Source: Trichoplax adhaerens
Taxonomy: Eukaryota; Animalia; Placozoa
Assembly (NCBI RefSeq): GCF_000150275.1
Contig: NW_002060945.1
Location: 9,316,011-9,380,010, forward strand
Reading direction: 5' to 3'
DNA: 64,000 bases
Positions 1-14,594 of this stretch are shown piece by piece. The position numbers and the translations under genes are program-made. How positions within the stretch are numbered: the first letter of the stretch is position 1; each line of letters begins with the position of its first letter. The notes beneath the pieces are model-generated. The model was not told where the DNA came from, ran no database searches, and saw only the letters and a list, made by a program, of their open reading frames with translations.

Positions 1-1882
1 ATAATGTACCTGTAAATGAAATAGGCTATATCCGATTTATGCTTATAAAAGTAGCGTAATCACCTCGATAAGCACATCTAACCGTAATCCTGAAAATACA
101 AACTATCGTTACTAAATATAAAATTTTGTACCCATATTTATTAAAATATCATATTTTCTTCAGAGACTATAGGAATATATCTTATCCTATCTTAAAATAG
201 AAATAAATTGCGAGACAACAAATGAATTATTTCCTCTCGCTTAGTAAACGAGAACCATCTATAGATATCATACTATAAATTAAGTATATTTTTCGAAGTA
301 TTTCTACTGTAGGTAGAGAGAAAGCTGAAATTCAAAACAAGAAATCGGTTTGAAATTTTAAAGCACTAATAAGTATAATTAGTGTACTAATAGCGTAACT
401 AGATTATCAAGTTGACCAAGGTATAACGAATTGCTCATACATTGACATAATCTGTTAATATCAAAGAAAGGAAAATTATGACTCGTTATAAATATGGAGC
501 GATATAACATTGCACCGCTACTATACTGTTAGAAATATTTACACATACAGAACGAAGACGTAAAATTTAGCGGAAATAGTCTAAGTCTGTAACTATACTA
601 CTAAATAATATGCAGAATTAATATAACTACGTTATGGAATTAATATGATAAATTATTGCCGGATAACAAGAAAACAAGATTAATTGAATTATTACGTCAT
701 AGATGTCACTTCTATATTACAAGTATTTATTTACATTATAAAATTGATAATAAAGATGAAGGAAGGTATTAAAGAAAGCAATTTGAGATCATTAAAGCAA
801 ACAGCAGATCAGAAGCAGTGCAACTAAGTGATAGTACTAACATAATCTAATCTCGTAAAAGAATATGACGATTTATTGAATACGTCTTTTATGCCGCATG
901 GACCGTCGTTATCTGCCGGTTTATTTACATGATATAACTGATAATAAGGGGATACATATAGGAAAGATAGGAAAATTTACGAAAATATTTTAGACTAAAG
1001 CATACCAGTAGAACTTCTCCGAAACTATGCAACTCAATTATAATAATATTGACCCGATCCAATCTTGTCTTTGACAAAGAAAACCGCGATTGATTGAATA
1101 CTATGTTATACACACCGGTATTTATGTAACTAGTCCTATTCTGATATAATGTATACCAGCTCAATAAATATAGTTGAATATATCCAATATTGAACGAATT
1201 CATTATACATACACTTAAAAAGATATAATAATAGCATATCTATGGTTTACAATACTATTTGAAAGGATGTGATCTTGTCGAAGTAATCCATATACAGTAA
1301 AGGGAAGATAGTGAGGCCAAGAAAAGTGGTTTTAGATGTAATTATATAACTCGCCAGAAATTACATAACTAGATTATTGGTATTGACATGATCTAAGCTT
1401 GTTCCATACCAGAAAGACACGATAATTGAATACTATAACACTTAACTTGATTAAAAAGTCTGTTGATTTTAATTGAGCTAAAATTTATCTCATTAACGGA
1501 TAATTATAAACTAAAAAATTTAGTAAATTATTCCCGATAATTATTAATTAGGCAATCATTTGAATTTCCCTTTTATCTGCGTTTTAATAAAAAACACAAA
1601 ATTTCCAAGTATAATATCATGACAGTATGAGATACGATAATTGTTTATTAACAGTAATTAACCCTTGGTAGATATTGCAATCTATTCGTTTATTCTATTT
1701 TCTTATTTATAATATACGAGATCAAGAGGAAAATTATAAAATTGAAAATTTATTATTGTGTCTGTTCATTGTCCATTAGTAAATAATACCAATTTTGAAT
1801 AACAATAACTATATTATCGGTAATATATTACAACTGCCAAGGATAAAACGTGACGATCATTTAAATAGAAATTATTAACTAG

Positions 1883-4800
1883 CTTAGAGTCCGAGGAGGA
1901 AGAAGTAAGGAAATTATGAAATAGACAAGAGCTTCATGTCTATATCGATCCAATAGAAGTAGCAGCAATATAAGGTTAGAGTGGATACGCTTAGAAAACG
2001 GAAGATTTCTAGAATTTTTAGTAGAATGGGAATTTTTTATTTTTAATCTATTTTCTTTATGATCTGTACAATTTATTGATAATGAATTAAACTCTACATT
2101 AACCTTTAACAAATTTAGTACTTATTACTAGCTATATTAACCGCCGTAGCGCTAGTATCTTATCCTTGTTTTTACATAGCGGTATGAAACTTAAACATAT
2201 TACCATGACAGATTAGGTTAAAACAAGAAAATAAAGTAGATTAATTGACATTTTAATAAATTCATCATTAACTTAAATCTCTATCTCAACACGTATCTCA
2301 ATTTGGGTTCATGATGTACGGTACAATAGTTAAACGAGACTGTTTGCTTGAATAATTTACATTTGAATAAAACTGCCGTTGAAATGGGTATCTTAGTTTG
2401 TGGTAGGAATTGTAATGGAAATATTAAATGAGGAAATGGACCTGATTATTCAACCAGCGCGATTTGATCGATCTTTAACAGTTTATCAAATTGGCGTTGG
2501 ATTTGACAGTCTATCACGAACTAAAATTCACTAAGTCGAATTGAAACAACAAGCAAGTTGAGTTGATGAATTTAGATTAAAAAAACAGGAGATTCCTAGT
2601 TGAAAGATAGAGCTGCCTTTATTTTGATAATAAGTAACAGAGATATTTAGTTAGGAAATTTGCTAGATTAACTTCTAATGGGATCATTTCCTTTTGAATA
2701 GCTATCTTGGCGTTTCATAATAGTATGTTAGAGGCAAAATAGGAAATGTGCTTGAATACTTTACAGTTGAATACATCTCAATTTCTATAGAAACAAGAAT
2801 TTCAAATTTCTGTCTGTTGTGTACGTTATAGAGTTATTGAGTAAGGAAGCTTTACCTGATTAATTGAACGTTGAATATTTGCTTTTAAAATTCATATCAC
2901 GATTGATTTGACGATCGTAGTCTATCGTAGCGATATTCAATAAGAGAAAAAAACAAAACTAACATGGAGTTCAAATTAATCAGGTAATTCCTATGGAACA
3001 TGTATCTCAACCTGCCTTAGCAATACTAGAAGAAAATGTTTAGCAAGAAAACTTGCTAGTTCAAAATACAGCTCAATACATTTTCAATTTCTATTGAAAT
3101 ACAAATCTGAATTTTATGTTAGTTGTATGTGGCAGACTTGATGAAAGAATTTAATAAAGAAATTGACTTGATTGATAGTTTCAATAGGTTTCAATACTCT
3201 ATTAGAAGTGTGGATGTTGATTTTGTTTTTAGTCGTAATACTAAATGAAATAATTAAACAAGGAAAGTAGTTTGACCAATTTTATAATTCAATTTTTGTT
3301 AAAAGATATATACGGATTTTGTTTTTAGTTGTGTACGTGATGAGAGTATTTAAGATGAAAAGTAGTTTAACCAATTTATAGCTGAATGTTTATTAAAGGA
3401 TAAATGTGAGTTTTAAGTCACATAAATGATAAAAGAATTTAACAAGGAAAATATCTGTAGCTTAATAAATTTATGCTATTCAATTTCTATTGAAATCTGC
3501 ATCTTGATTTACATTTTATTCGTGTTTCAACGGAAATATCCAATAAGGAAATTGTTAACTGAACTTATTTATATAGATCAATCATTACTATATCGAAATT
3601 GGATCTTAATTTGTTCTAGTCGTTTACATTAACAAATGCTCAACTAATAGATTAACTTAACTGCTTTGTAATTTTAATTATTCTTCTCTCAAATTTGCAA
3701 CTAAATTTGTTTTGGTTTTAAGCGTGATAAGGCACTTAGCGAAGAAATAAATTTGAGTAATTGTTTAGTTAACAAATTCGAAGCTCCTATAGAATGCCTT
3801 ACAATATGAAATATGCTCAATAAGGAAAATTAACTGGACTAATCAACAGTTAAATTTGTTAATTATTTCTTTTGAAATACGAATCTCAATATATCTTATG
3901 CCTACAGAATGAAGAGGCTCAATGAAAAATTTTGACTTGATTATTTTTAAATTTGAAGTACTTTTATTGGACTTTGTACCTTCAATGGGTTTCGTTGTTC
4001 ATAGGATAGAGATGTAGAGTGAGAAACTTAGCATTGACTACTCCGTAATCTTAATTCTTTCCGTTGAAATTGCAATTTCTATTTGCTCTAATTGTGTATG
4101 TAATGGCCGTGTTTAATATCGAATTTGACTATCCTACAATTTCAGTTATTCCCGTTAAAACGGCTATATTGGCTTGCTGTAGTTTTGCATGGAATAGAGA
4201 TACTTTGTAAGAGAATTGACTTGACTACTGGGTAATTTTAGTCATTTCCGTTGAAACTGTCATGTCTACTTGCCTATCCAGTAGCTTAGTAACAGGACCA
4301 TGACTTTAACAGCTTTGCAATTTCAGTCATTTTCATTGAAACAGCCATGTTTACTTGCTTCTAGTTATGTATAAAATGGCTTATTGGGGACACTGACTGT
4401 AATCACTTTGCAATTTCACTCGTTCTCATGAAAACTGCCATGTCTACTTGCCCTAGTCATGCAAGTAATGAAGATGCTTAATGAAAATTGACTTAACTAT
4501 GCTACAATTTCAGTCATTTCCGTTGAAACTGGCATGTCTGTTTACTGTAACCATACATCCTTGATGGAAATACTTAATTAGAAAATAGGCCACTCAACAA
4601 TTTCAATTATTCCCGTTGAAACTACCGTATCGATTTGCTCTAGTTGTATATAGGATGGAAAGATTTAACGCACAAATGGATGGACTAGTTTACTCTACAA
4701 TTTCAATTGTCCCCGTTGAAATTGCCATGTCTACTTGCTCTAGTTGTCCGTGTAATGGAGCTGTCCGACGAAGAAATTGGTTTGATCATCTTATAATTTC

Positions 4801-7514
4801 AATGAGTTTCGTCACTATCTCACTTTGCTTTCAATATACGTAACTGAGGCAAATAAAAATAGCAGTTTGAATGAGAATGATTGAAGTTGTAAAGCCATAA
4901 GGAAATCCATTTGACTAACCAGTAATTCAATAGATTCTAATTTCTATTGAAATTGACATCTCGATTTACCTTATTGGTGAAGAATAGAGGTGTTCAGCAA
5001 CAGGATTGACTTAACTAATCTACCGTATAAGGTCAATAGATTTAATATTTGCTGTAAAAATATCCGTTTACATTCATTTGACAAGTATACCACCACGATA
5101 TTCAAGAAAGATACAGACTTGATTCATTTAGAGTTTAGAATTCACGATAAAATTAAAATTTTCATGGAGTGCCATAGCGATAGAGCTAATCAATTAGGCC
5201 ATTAGCTCGAATTATTGATAATTAGATTATTATTTTAACTGAGATTAGTGTATCCGTTGCTGATCATTTTGGGGGGACCGATTTGTTTCAGTTCTATTCA
5301 ACTTGTACTTATGGATACGTTTTAAAGTTACACAAATTTAAATTAGTCGACTACAATTTTCTTATTGAAATATTCCATTGCCTACCGATACTGCTCAAAA
5401 ATAAATCAAGATTTTCCTAGTACGAATAATTGAATCAATCAAGTTGATTTTCTCATTAAATATCTCAATTCAGCAAGAGTTGTAAAGTATTCTCTGCTAT
5501 AATTCAATAAGCTAGTATTTGCGTGTAATTAAAAGTATGATTGCAGAATTTACTACTGCTTTTTATACGTAACATATGCAGTAAAATACACCTTATTAAA
5601 TAGAGATATTAAACAAGAAAATTGACTAATTGCATCATTGCTACTAGGAATGTCTTGATTACTTACAGTAGTATGCGATACAACTTTTCAATGAAAAATT
5701 CGTCCGTAACTAATTTCTATTTCCACAACTTGAACATTTTTTTTCGATATTTGTACCTAAATTTCTCTAAGCTATCTGTATCTACTACAGAGACTGAAGT
5801 CATGTAGAAATTGTACCGGGTTGATTCACGCTGATTCAAATAAAATGGAACCTTCCTGTAGAAATTTGTATCTCGGCTAGCCAAGTTATCAGCATTGAAT
5901 TAAATCATGTAGACACATGAATGATGCTGAATAGCTGGTTAAAGTTAAAATCGAGTGTAAGAAATTATTAAATAAATAGCCTCAATTTTTATTTCACTTA
6001 AAAACTTAATGATTGATAAAATATCTGAGACATTGCGCTGGATTGATTTAATCCCATTCCAATAAATGAAACAGTTCTTTGGAAATAGCATCTCTGCTTA
6101 CCCAAGTTATGACACTTGCTTTGCCTTAGCAATCCGAGTTCAATAGGGCGGTTTAAATATTAAAAGTAGTTTTTTTATTAACATCCATTTTCTTTCCATT
6201 GGAAGATTTGTGCTACTATGAAAAGTAACATGGTTGATTTCAATCAGTTGTGATTATAGAAAACAATTTCTCTTTGCTCATGGAATCTCAACATAGTGAC
6301 TACAGTAATCTATTTAAAACTAGCACGAATTCCTATGGAAATCGGTATTGACAGTCATGAACAATTTTTATCCATTTCTACCATTTTTGATTAAAAGAAA
6401 AGAATGATAATCATATTGATACATTATTCTTTCTGTCCTTACGATTGGCTAAATGTTGTTATTTATAGGATAATCATCTTAATTTACTTCATTTTTTATT
6501 TATTCCACTATTCTAAAAATACTCCTTCAGTAACATTGTCCAATATTAGAATATTGCATTTTAGAGCGATAGTATTATCCATAACATGACTACTATTCAA
6601 AAACTTAACCTAGAAGATTGATAATAATATTGTTTGACGATGACATGGCTATTCTTTTAGACAACAAGGAATTAAGGAATAGAAATTGAGACTTGATCAC
6701 GGTAAAAATCCTTTCTTGACTATAAGATATGTATTCAAATCCCATTCTAGGGAATGTCAATTCCACTTTTTTTTTGCTACTGTCTAACCCTAATTGTAAT
6801 TTGTATTTGAAAATAGGCAAGTATACAATCGATTCGAAATTGATGATATCAGTTGGACATGTTGATTATTGGAAAATAATGGTAAGGAAAGGATTGTGCA
6901 ATCACTCTATTGATACAAATACTGGAAAGACTTTACATTAGCTTATTTTTCGTATAAACAGCGATGAAAATGGCATCATTTCATTAGAAATAGGTGTTGT
7001 TTTAGAGCATTTCTTTTTATAGAATTAATTCTTCTAGCAGTATTATTTTAAAGCGTTTGATGAAATTGAATAACGATTGCCTTTATCATTCTTTTTTCTT
7101 AACATTTTTTTCATCATTGATTTGTATTTCCCTCCCATTTCTTGGAATGGATCTTGAAATGGGACAAGTTGGCACGAGGAATTAAGTTTTACATCTATTT
7201 TATTCGTAAATTATAAGCTTTCCCAAAAATAAATATGTGTAGGTCATCACCGGATACAACTAAGTAAAAATCGATTCTACTTATGTAGATATAATCTATT
7301 AATTTCTCATTGTATACAAATAACTAGATCAGTCTATTGATTAATTAAGCTAAGCAAAGTCATAAGAGAGAAGGCGGAAATCAGATCGTCTAGGGAGCAA
7401 ATCGACTCCATGTCAGTTAAACTGGCCAAGTTATCAGACCTAGAAGGAAGATCCAGCTCAAGTTTGTCGTAGCACACTAGTCTTGATAATAATTCCTCTA
7501 CTCAAAAGGAGTGA
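1883..7514 (+). pseudogene. Scattered exon-like, stop-interrupted remnants of an unidentified gene
   Basis: 1883-1974 (ag|LESEEEEVRKL*NRQELHVYIDPIEVAAI*|gt), 6817-6881 (branch ctaac, ag...gtaagg), 7344-7514 (IKLSKVIREKAEIRSSREQIDSMSVKLAKLSDLEGRSSSSLS*HTSLDNNSSTQKE*). Confidence 0.25.
2340..5050. repeat. Degenerate tandem repeat, unit ~90-97 bp, >20 copies
   Basis: Core TTTC(C/T)(G/A)TTGAAA followed by ...ATGTCTACTTGC at ~4058, 4149, 4245, 4330, 4422, 4517, 4610, 4711; more decayed copies at ~2376, 2688, 2782, 3088, 3485, 3866, 4941. Confidence 0.85.
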
Positions 7515-8129
7515 TCGATCGTAATTACTATAAAATCGATTTTTCTCCCTAAAAAAGTCATGATTGCCTTGTCTCAATTCGTTGATCTTTATTCTCTTTC
7601 GCCAATTTTGATATCTATCTATTCTTTTAGTTTTAAATTCAATATAATAAACTTTTCAAATACTATTACAATAGCTAGCAAACTATACTTTAGTTTTTAT
7701 TGATAATAAATTGAATAGTATATAATGGATGATTCTTTACACTAACTAAAAATACCCAATTTTGTTGTTTTTAATGTTTCAGTCTAATAATGAACAACAG
7801 CAATGACAGCTTGATTTATTAATTTATCCACTTAGCCGATTTGGAAATGAGATAGATGAGCTATCATCGTTTAAGAATTGGATGCCATCAAAATTATACA
7901 GGCACTATCAGTGAAGGAGTTAATCGTTGTATCTTACTAGGAAGTAAACATATCCATCCGGGGTATCTATAAAATATAATAAGAGTCATTTTAACAAAAA
8001 GAAGGAAAAAAATCAATTACAGTAACAGAGGAGTGGAAAAAAATCCAAACAATATTACCTGTATATTGATTTCATTCCTATTTCTTTTTTGAACGCATCT
8101 TTGGATCCGATGTCTAACCCCGAATATTT

Positions 8130-9600
8130 ATCACATTACTGTTAACTAATCTTGCTTGCATTCTAGTAACTGGCATTGACATTTAACAATTTAATTTATT
8201 AAATAAGCTCGCTGCCTTTTTCTTCTTCTTAAATCGGTCTTATGTGGAGCACATTGGATACCTAGCCATGGATATTCTAAGCCCTCTCTGTTAACCGATC
8301 TTGCTCGCATTCTAGTAACAAGCATTGATATTTGACAAACTGACTGTTTACTACTTGTTATATCGGCCAATACGGCTACTTTTGTTGCGTAGCCATGAAC
8401 ACTTTAAGCACTTTTTAATAGCTGATCTTGCTTGCATTCGAGTAGCTAACATTGATAGTCGGTAATTAAATTTATTAAACAAGCCCACTATTTACATCGT
8501 ATTATATCGATCTATATTGCTAGTTTTGATATCCAGCTTGGACATTGAAGGCATCTTTGTTAATCGATCTTGCTCATATTATAATAACCCTCATTGATAT
8601 TAGGCGAGCTGGTTGTTTGCTTCTTGTAATATCGGCCCATGCTTTTAATAGCCATGAATATTTTAAGTTATCTCTATTAACCGATCTTGCTTAGATTCCA
8701 ATAAGAAATATTAATATTTGACAGTTTTATTTTTTAAACAAACTCGCTATTTACTTCTAGTTATGTCAGTTTACAGTGTACTTTTACCTTGTATTTCTTG
8801 ACATAAAATTTAAGTCATCTCTGTTAACCGATGTTATTTGTATTCCAATAACAAATATTGATATTGACAGTTTTATTTTTAAAAAAAGCTCGCTATTTAT
8901 TTTTAGTCATGTCAATATATCCCTCTATCTTGCAGATCTAGACATGGATATTTAAGCTATCTTTGTCAACCGATCTTGCTTGATTGTAATAACGACTTTA
9001 ACTTTTTAAATGAGCTTGCTATTCACTTCTTATTATATCAGTCGATACAGTTACTTTCGATGTCTAGCTACGGAATTTTAAGCCGTTTTGATAGCCGATC
9101 TTGTTTTTACATTCGAATAACAAGTATTGGTATTTGATAGTTTAATTTTTAAACAAGTTTGCTAGTCTATACCTCTGTCTTGTATTTCTCGACATGCATA
9201 TTTAAGCCATCCCTGTTAACTGATCTACTATTTTAATAACAGGTATTGATATTTGCCTGTTTAATTTTTTAAACAAGTTCGCTATTTACTTCTTGTTATA
9301 TTAGTCGATATAGTTACCTTTGATATCTAGCCATGGATATTTCAAGCCGTCTATGATAACCGATCTTGCTTACATTCCAATAACAAGCGTTAAATTTTGA
9401 CAGTTTCAATTTTATTTTAAAGAGGCTCGTGGATAGCTCAGTTTGCTCTTTAATGTTTCTGGTTACATAAGCCTATGTAGCTGTTTTCAGTAGTAAATCG
9501 TAGATATTTATGACAATTCTACTAGTCAGTCTTGCATTCCTATAACAAGCATTGCTATTTGATAGTTTAGTGAATGAAAGAAGTTGGTGGATAACTGAGC
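8130..9600. repeat. Degenerate tandem repeat, unit ~120-150 bp, ~11 copies
   Basis: GTTAACCGATCTTGCT...ATTCCAATAACAAG.ATTGATATTTGACAG recurs at ~8147, 8297, 8424, 8565, 8682, 8829, 8972, 9097, 9222, 9362, 9530. Confidence 0.85.
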
Positions 9601-12600
9601 TGATTCATTCATTTTCTTGTTATATAACTTTACACGGCTACCATTAGTTAACAAAGCATTAGTAGTCACAATTTTAGCTTCCATAATTATCCTATCTTGC
9701 CAGTAATTGTGATAGTTTTTATAGCTTATTTATTGGTTTAATGTAACCGTGTTTAGACTGTTCGGGAATACAAACAGTTTAGCCATGAATATCTTTAAAA
9801 GTATTTCGGTTAAGATTGAGTTTCTTCTTCTAAGTGTTGAGACCGCTGTAATCGGCTTATAAATATTAGTAGTTTACAATTTGTACCTTGGATTTGACTT
9901 GCTTACTAGCGACCAATCCTATATCTGATTTTAAATTAAATGCGCTTAAATCGTACTTGTATTGTGATATTTGCCTGGGTTTATTTTATGATTTACTTCT
10001 TTTCTTACGCGTCTATGCCGTTATCATGTGTCTACTAGCACTAATATTGGACAATTTACGCAAGGACTACTAGATGAAGCCCTTGGTCTTCTTCTAGTAT
10101 AGCTTCGCACTTAATCTAAATTACCCATAAACTGGCCGTTCTACGTTAGCTGTTTTGGAATTTACACGACTTAGATTCTACGATTTCTGCTAGAATTGGC
10201 TATCGATGTCGTCCAAAAATCCTTGTACCTTGCATTTATTACCCAAAACATTGAATTAATAGTCGACATTCTCCAAGGGTCTCCTTTTGAATTTAATCTA
10301 TATTTACAGTATATAGTCTCCAGTATATAAAAGTGAATATTTGGCAATCATTGCTACTATAATTTGATCTATCTTGCCTAGAAACAACGCAATCTGTTAT
10401 TTCTTTTTCTTAACCTTAAGCACAACCTAGCGTTAACTAGTAGCTACGGGTGCCATAAAGTATTGGATAGTCTAATACAGAACTTAATCTTATTTTGCTC
10501 ATCCAGTAGTATGCAGATATGGGTATTGGCTAATATAAACCTTGCCTTATCTAAAAATGAAGTTATCCTCCACTTTTGACTGTCCAATATATCTGAATTC
10601 TCATTACACTAGCATTAATATTGGATAATCTACTCATCTATCTTTATAACATCTCCCTTGGTGCTAAACTGTAAATTAGTTCTCTCTTCCCTTCTCTGAC
10701 ACAAGTACATACCCGTTAGTTTCTGGATATTAAGCATAATTTCTCATCGCATTAAAGTTGATTTGCCTCACGTTCAATGTGTTTTCTCTGCATTTTATCA
10801 ATTTTTATAGCCATCCAAATACTATTATTTGATAATAAGTATCTTTAAAATTAAGTTAATGCACTCCCCAATGAATTTCTTCTCTATTCACATACTCGTA
10901 TATATTCTAACTTCGATAGATGTTCATTTATATCTGACAATTGACGTCATTACAGTCGATCTGTCTAGGCCGCAAATGAAGTTAATTTTTTGCTGTTTAT
11001 TTATCTATATTGCCTGGCTTCCATTATATAAGTATTGATATCTAACAATTTGCATCATGCTTATGTACGTAAATCCGCCATGGATATGTTGATACGTGAC
11101 AACTGACGTCTTTAAATCTGTTCCATCTGGCTTACAAATAATTTTGTTCATTATTTTGAATATAATAATTTATTCTGGCTTTCATTGCTCAAGCATTTAA
11201 TCTACTTTGCTAATATTGACCTATCTTTGCAATAACTTAACTTTTTTGACTACTTCACACCCTGACTTTGGTATACTAGCATAGTATTTAGTTATCTATG
11301 TTTCCAATGTTTAAAACCTAGACTATCTACGGATGAGGTCATTGCTCATTGGCTTTCTTCTTGCAGCAAGGTAGGTAAATGATATGGAAATTGGTAGTAC
11401 AGGCTATTAAGGTAGTTATGTTACTGTTAATCACTCCTTATAATGTAGAGGTAAATTATTTATGTTATCCATCCAGATTGTAATATACAACTATTGATAG
11501 AAATAATCTGCCTTACGCTTACGATATTGGCTTGTTTATTCCTTAATTTTAAATTTCGTATATGTATGTCCGGTATATTCCCCAATTGGATAGAACAACA
11601 TTTGATATTTGACAATCTATACTGTTCAATTCGATCCGTGATGTATATGATAAATTTATTTTCAATCCTTATTATATCTTGACATCTGTATCGTTATGAC
11701 TTTAATATAAACAGGATGGGGATTGAACTTATCCTGCTTATAAACACTTCCATTCTTTATTTTTTTCTTTTGCATGTACTACGGTAACTTTCAATACTAT
11801 TTTGTAAGCATAGATACATGGTAATTTTCAGGCTTTAATCTTGCTTAATCAACCTTTTTACAGCTAACCTTTTTTGACTATAAATAACTCAAATTTCTGG
11901 TACTGTATTCCTTGAATTTGATGTACTACTGATCATGTTTGCAGTCAGGGGCCATAGTGCAGGTCTATAGTGCGTAGACACGGGTTAATTTTTCAATTTC
12001 CGTATCTGTCATATGGTATACGATTTACACACGCCACATGTAACCCTAACTTGGATATTCGGTAATTTATATTTATTTGATATTTTCGTACCTTACTTCA
12101 TCTTGCTTTTAACTAAAATGTATACTTAATTTCTTATATACGGCTACATTACGTGTTATGGATAATATGATCTATATTATATAATGTCAATATTGATACA
12201 AAACAATTTATATCTTTCAACTCTAAAGTCTTGACTACAAATGAGGCTATCACTCTATTTCTTAGAAAAAAATTACAGGTTTCAATAGAAGAGCAATCTA
12301 TGTTGTTGACATTAATTGACTGTTTCAATATTCAATCCGACGATCTAATCTACCAAAATTTTAATCGTTGTAAATTTTATGATCGAAATTAGAGCACATT
12401 TAAATTTCATGTTTATAGCTTAAGAATTACCATGTTTGGTAATTATAGTATCCGTTGGATATCTATCGAATTTAATCATCATCGAAAATTACTGAGCAAA
12501 CACCTAACGTTATTTTTCGATATGGCTATTTTTGCTTGAATGTTACTTTTATAATAATCAGTCAATGACAATATGCTTTTGCAGTAAATAGTCGCCAACT

Positions 12601-14594
12601 TGGATCCTGGCCAATTCTGCAACAATGCCACCTATTAATAAACTATATAACTTTAGTAGATCTTGGCCAGTAATATAATAGCTAAATATTGAATAAAATC
12701 CGTACATCCTGTCTACATCCATCACTTGAATCCAAATGGAGACATTCTATACAATATAATTATTTTTTCTTAAAAAGGGTAACTATTTTAATTACAAGAA
12801 AAATACATCAAATGTATAAATCAATAATGATCAATTGTTTATCTACTTCTCCTCCATTTCTAGTTAGAACACATTATTCATGCGTGAATTTCTAGTATAG
12901 GATATTACGTGACAATATGAATAGACAGCAGTTGAAATGGCTTAGTTTATATTTAGTTTCCATTTCTTGAATTCAAGTTATGACATCAGTACGTCATCTT
13001 TGAACTTCTTTTGACAAGCCTATAACTAGTAGCATTCATTCATTGCTTTCTCTCCATACATATACAGTATATGTGCGTTTATCGAGACAAAGCCATAATT
13101 CCATAGACTACCTGCATTTGCTAATGTAGAGAGTAGACCAACTAGTACAATATATTGGAAATCAAGCAAATGAAAGAATTTAGAGATTGTCGTCTTACTG
13201 ACTAGTGTTGTAATTGGACTTTGAGATTTCTAAATTTTTTCATTCATTATCGTCATATATTATCAATCCCAATCGTGTTCTGTCTCTAGCTGGTTGCTCA
13301 CTACCCTATAGCCATCTTCTGTTGTGTATGATAATAATTAGAGCAAGTCTATTTTGTTAAAATAGAATGATCAACTATGGTTTATAAATTAGGATAGAAG
13401 CAGAGAAATATTTTTAATAATCAATATAATAGGTGACATTGAGATTCAAGCTAACTATCTAATCGATGTAATCTATCTTCATTATAATTTATCCCATGCT
13501 TTAGTTATGGTTGAATCCTAATAAAGCCTATCATTTCAAGAAGCACCCAGAAAAGGTAAAATATCAGAACTAATTTTATTCTATTAGCTGTCAAAAGTAT
13601 ATTTTATTACCCTTTTAGTAAAACTTTGACATAGGTGAATCTAGTTATTTTTCATTTTTACACATGATAACGTCAAATGACAACTTGTAAAGTATTTACT
13701 TATATATATAGATAGATAGTTAGATACAAGTCTAAAATTTACCTTTCCCTGTTTCCTTCATTTTTTTAATATCAACAAATTACCAACTTTTGGAGTCTAT
13801 TAGATTTTACATTGCAATACGTTTGTCTTAGATAGGAGTAAAATTATATTTTAATTTTAATTCCGAACAGTTATCATAAACGATTCAATATATTAAGATT
13901 TATTTTAGCTAGACAGAAGTAAAACTACATCTTATATGACTTTGCCTATTATTACGTGCAGTATCAAGTATTTAATTCAAACCCTTAGTTGAATTTCGTT
14001 CGGGTAGAAAGAACTATGTTGCAAAGTAACTTTGCATAGTGGCGTAATAGAGTTCTAATAAGATAAGTAGAATGTACTGTCATCAATTTATCTATGATGT
14101 CTGAAATATTTTAATAGATAATTGCATGCTGCCGTATAATATTATGTAAGTCCTGGCATTAACGTTATGAAGCTACACCATAAATTGTCCGATTTTGTAA
14201 AAATTTTTGAGTTTATAATTTGGTCTGAAGAAAGACTAGTAGTTATTGCGGCCACTTGTCGTTGGGAGATCGTCAGTATTTAGAATCATATTGTAGGGTA
14301 GATATTATACTGTATTCATGTATGGTATTCACTGCTGATACAATGACTAACGTTAGTCGTAATTATCAAGATTTGGATATAACTCCTTATTTGGTGTAAT
14401 TATCTATATTTGGTAACTTATACTAAATATGAATACATAAAAGAAATAGTGTTTGAGGCTGAGCAAGCTAAGCACGGGAGAGAGTTTTACGAAGAGTTGT
14501 TGTTTAGATCGGATCTTGTTACTCGTTGGTAACTTCTAGTTCATAACTAATAAATTGAATATAGCCAGATTTAGAGCCTGTTTTTATTATTTAT

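Noticed and set aside
10-89. Minus-strand exon-like segment with good acceptor and donor
   Set aside because: Stops in all three frames and truncated context; may be a UTR exon of a gene left of the window but cannot be supported.
2340-5050. CRISPR-like look: regularly spaced motif ending in TTGAAA(C/T)
   Set aside because: The 'spacers' are homologous to each other, the repeats are degenerate, no cas genes are present and the context is spliceosomal eukaryotic DNA; it is a satellite.
6785-12050. Telomere-like TAACCCTAA at ~6785 and ~12041
   Set aside because: Single isolated hexamer pairs, not arrays.
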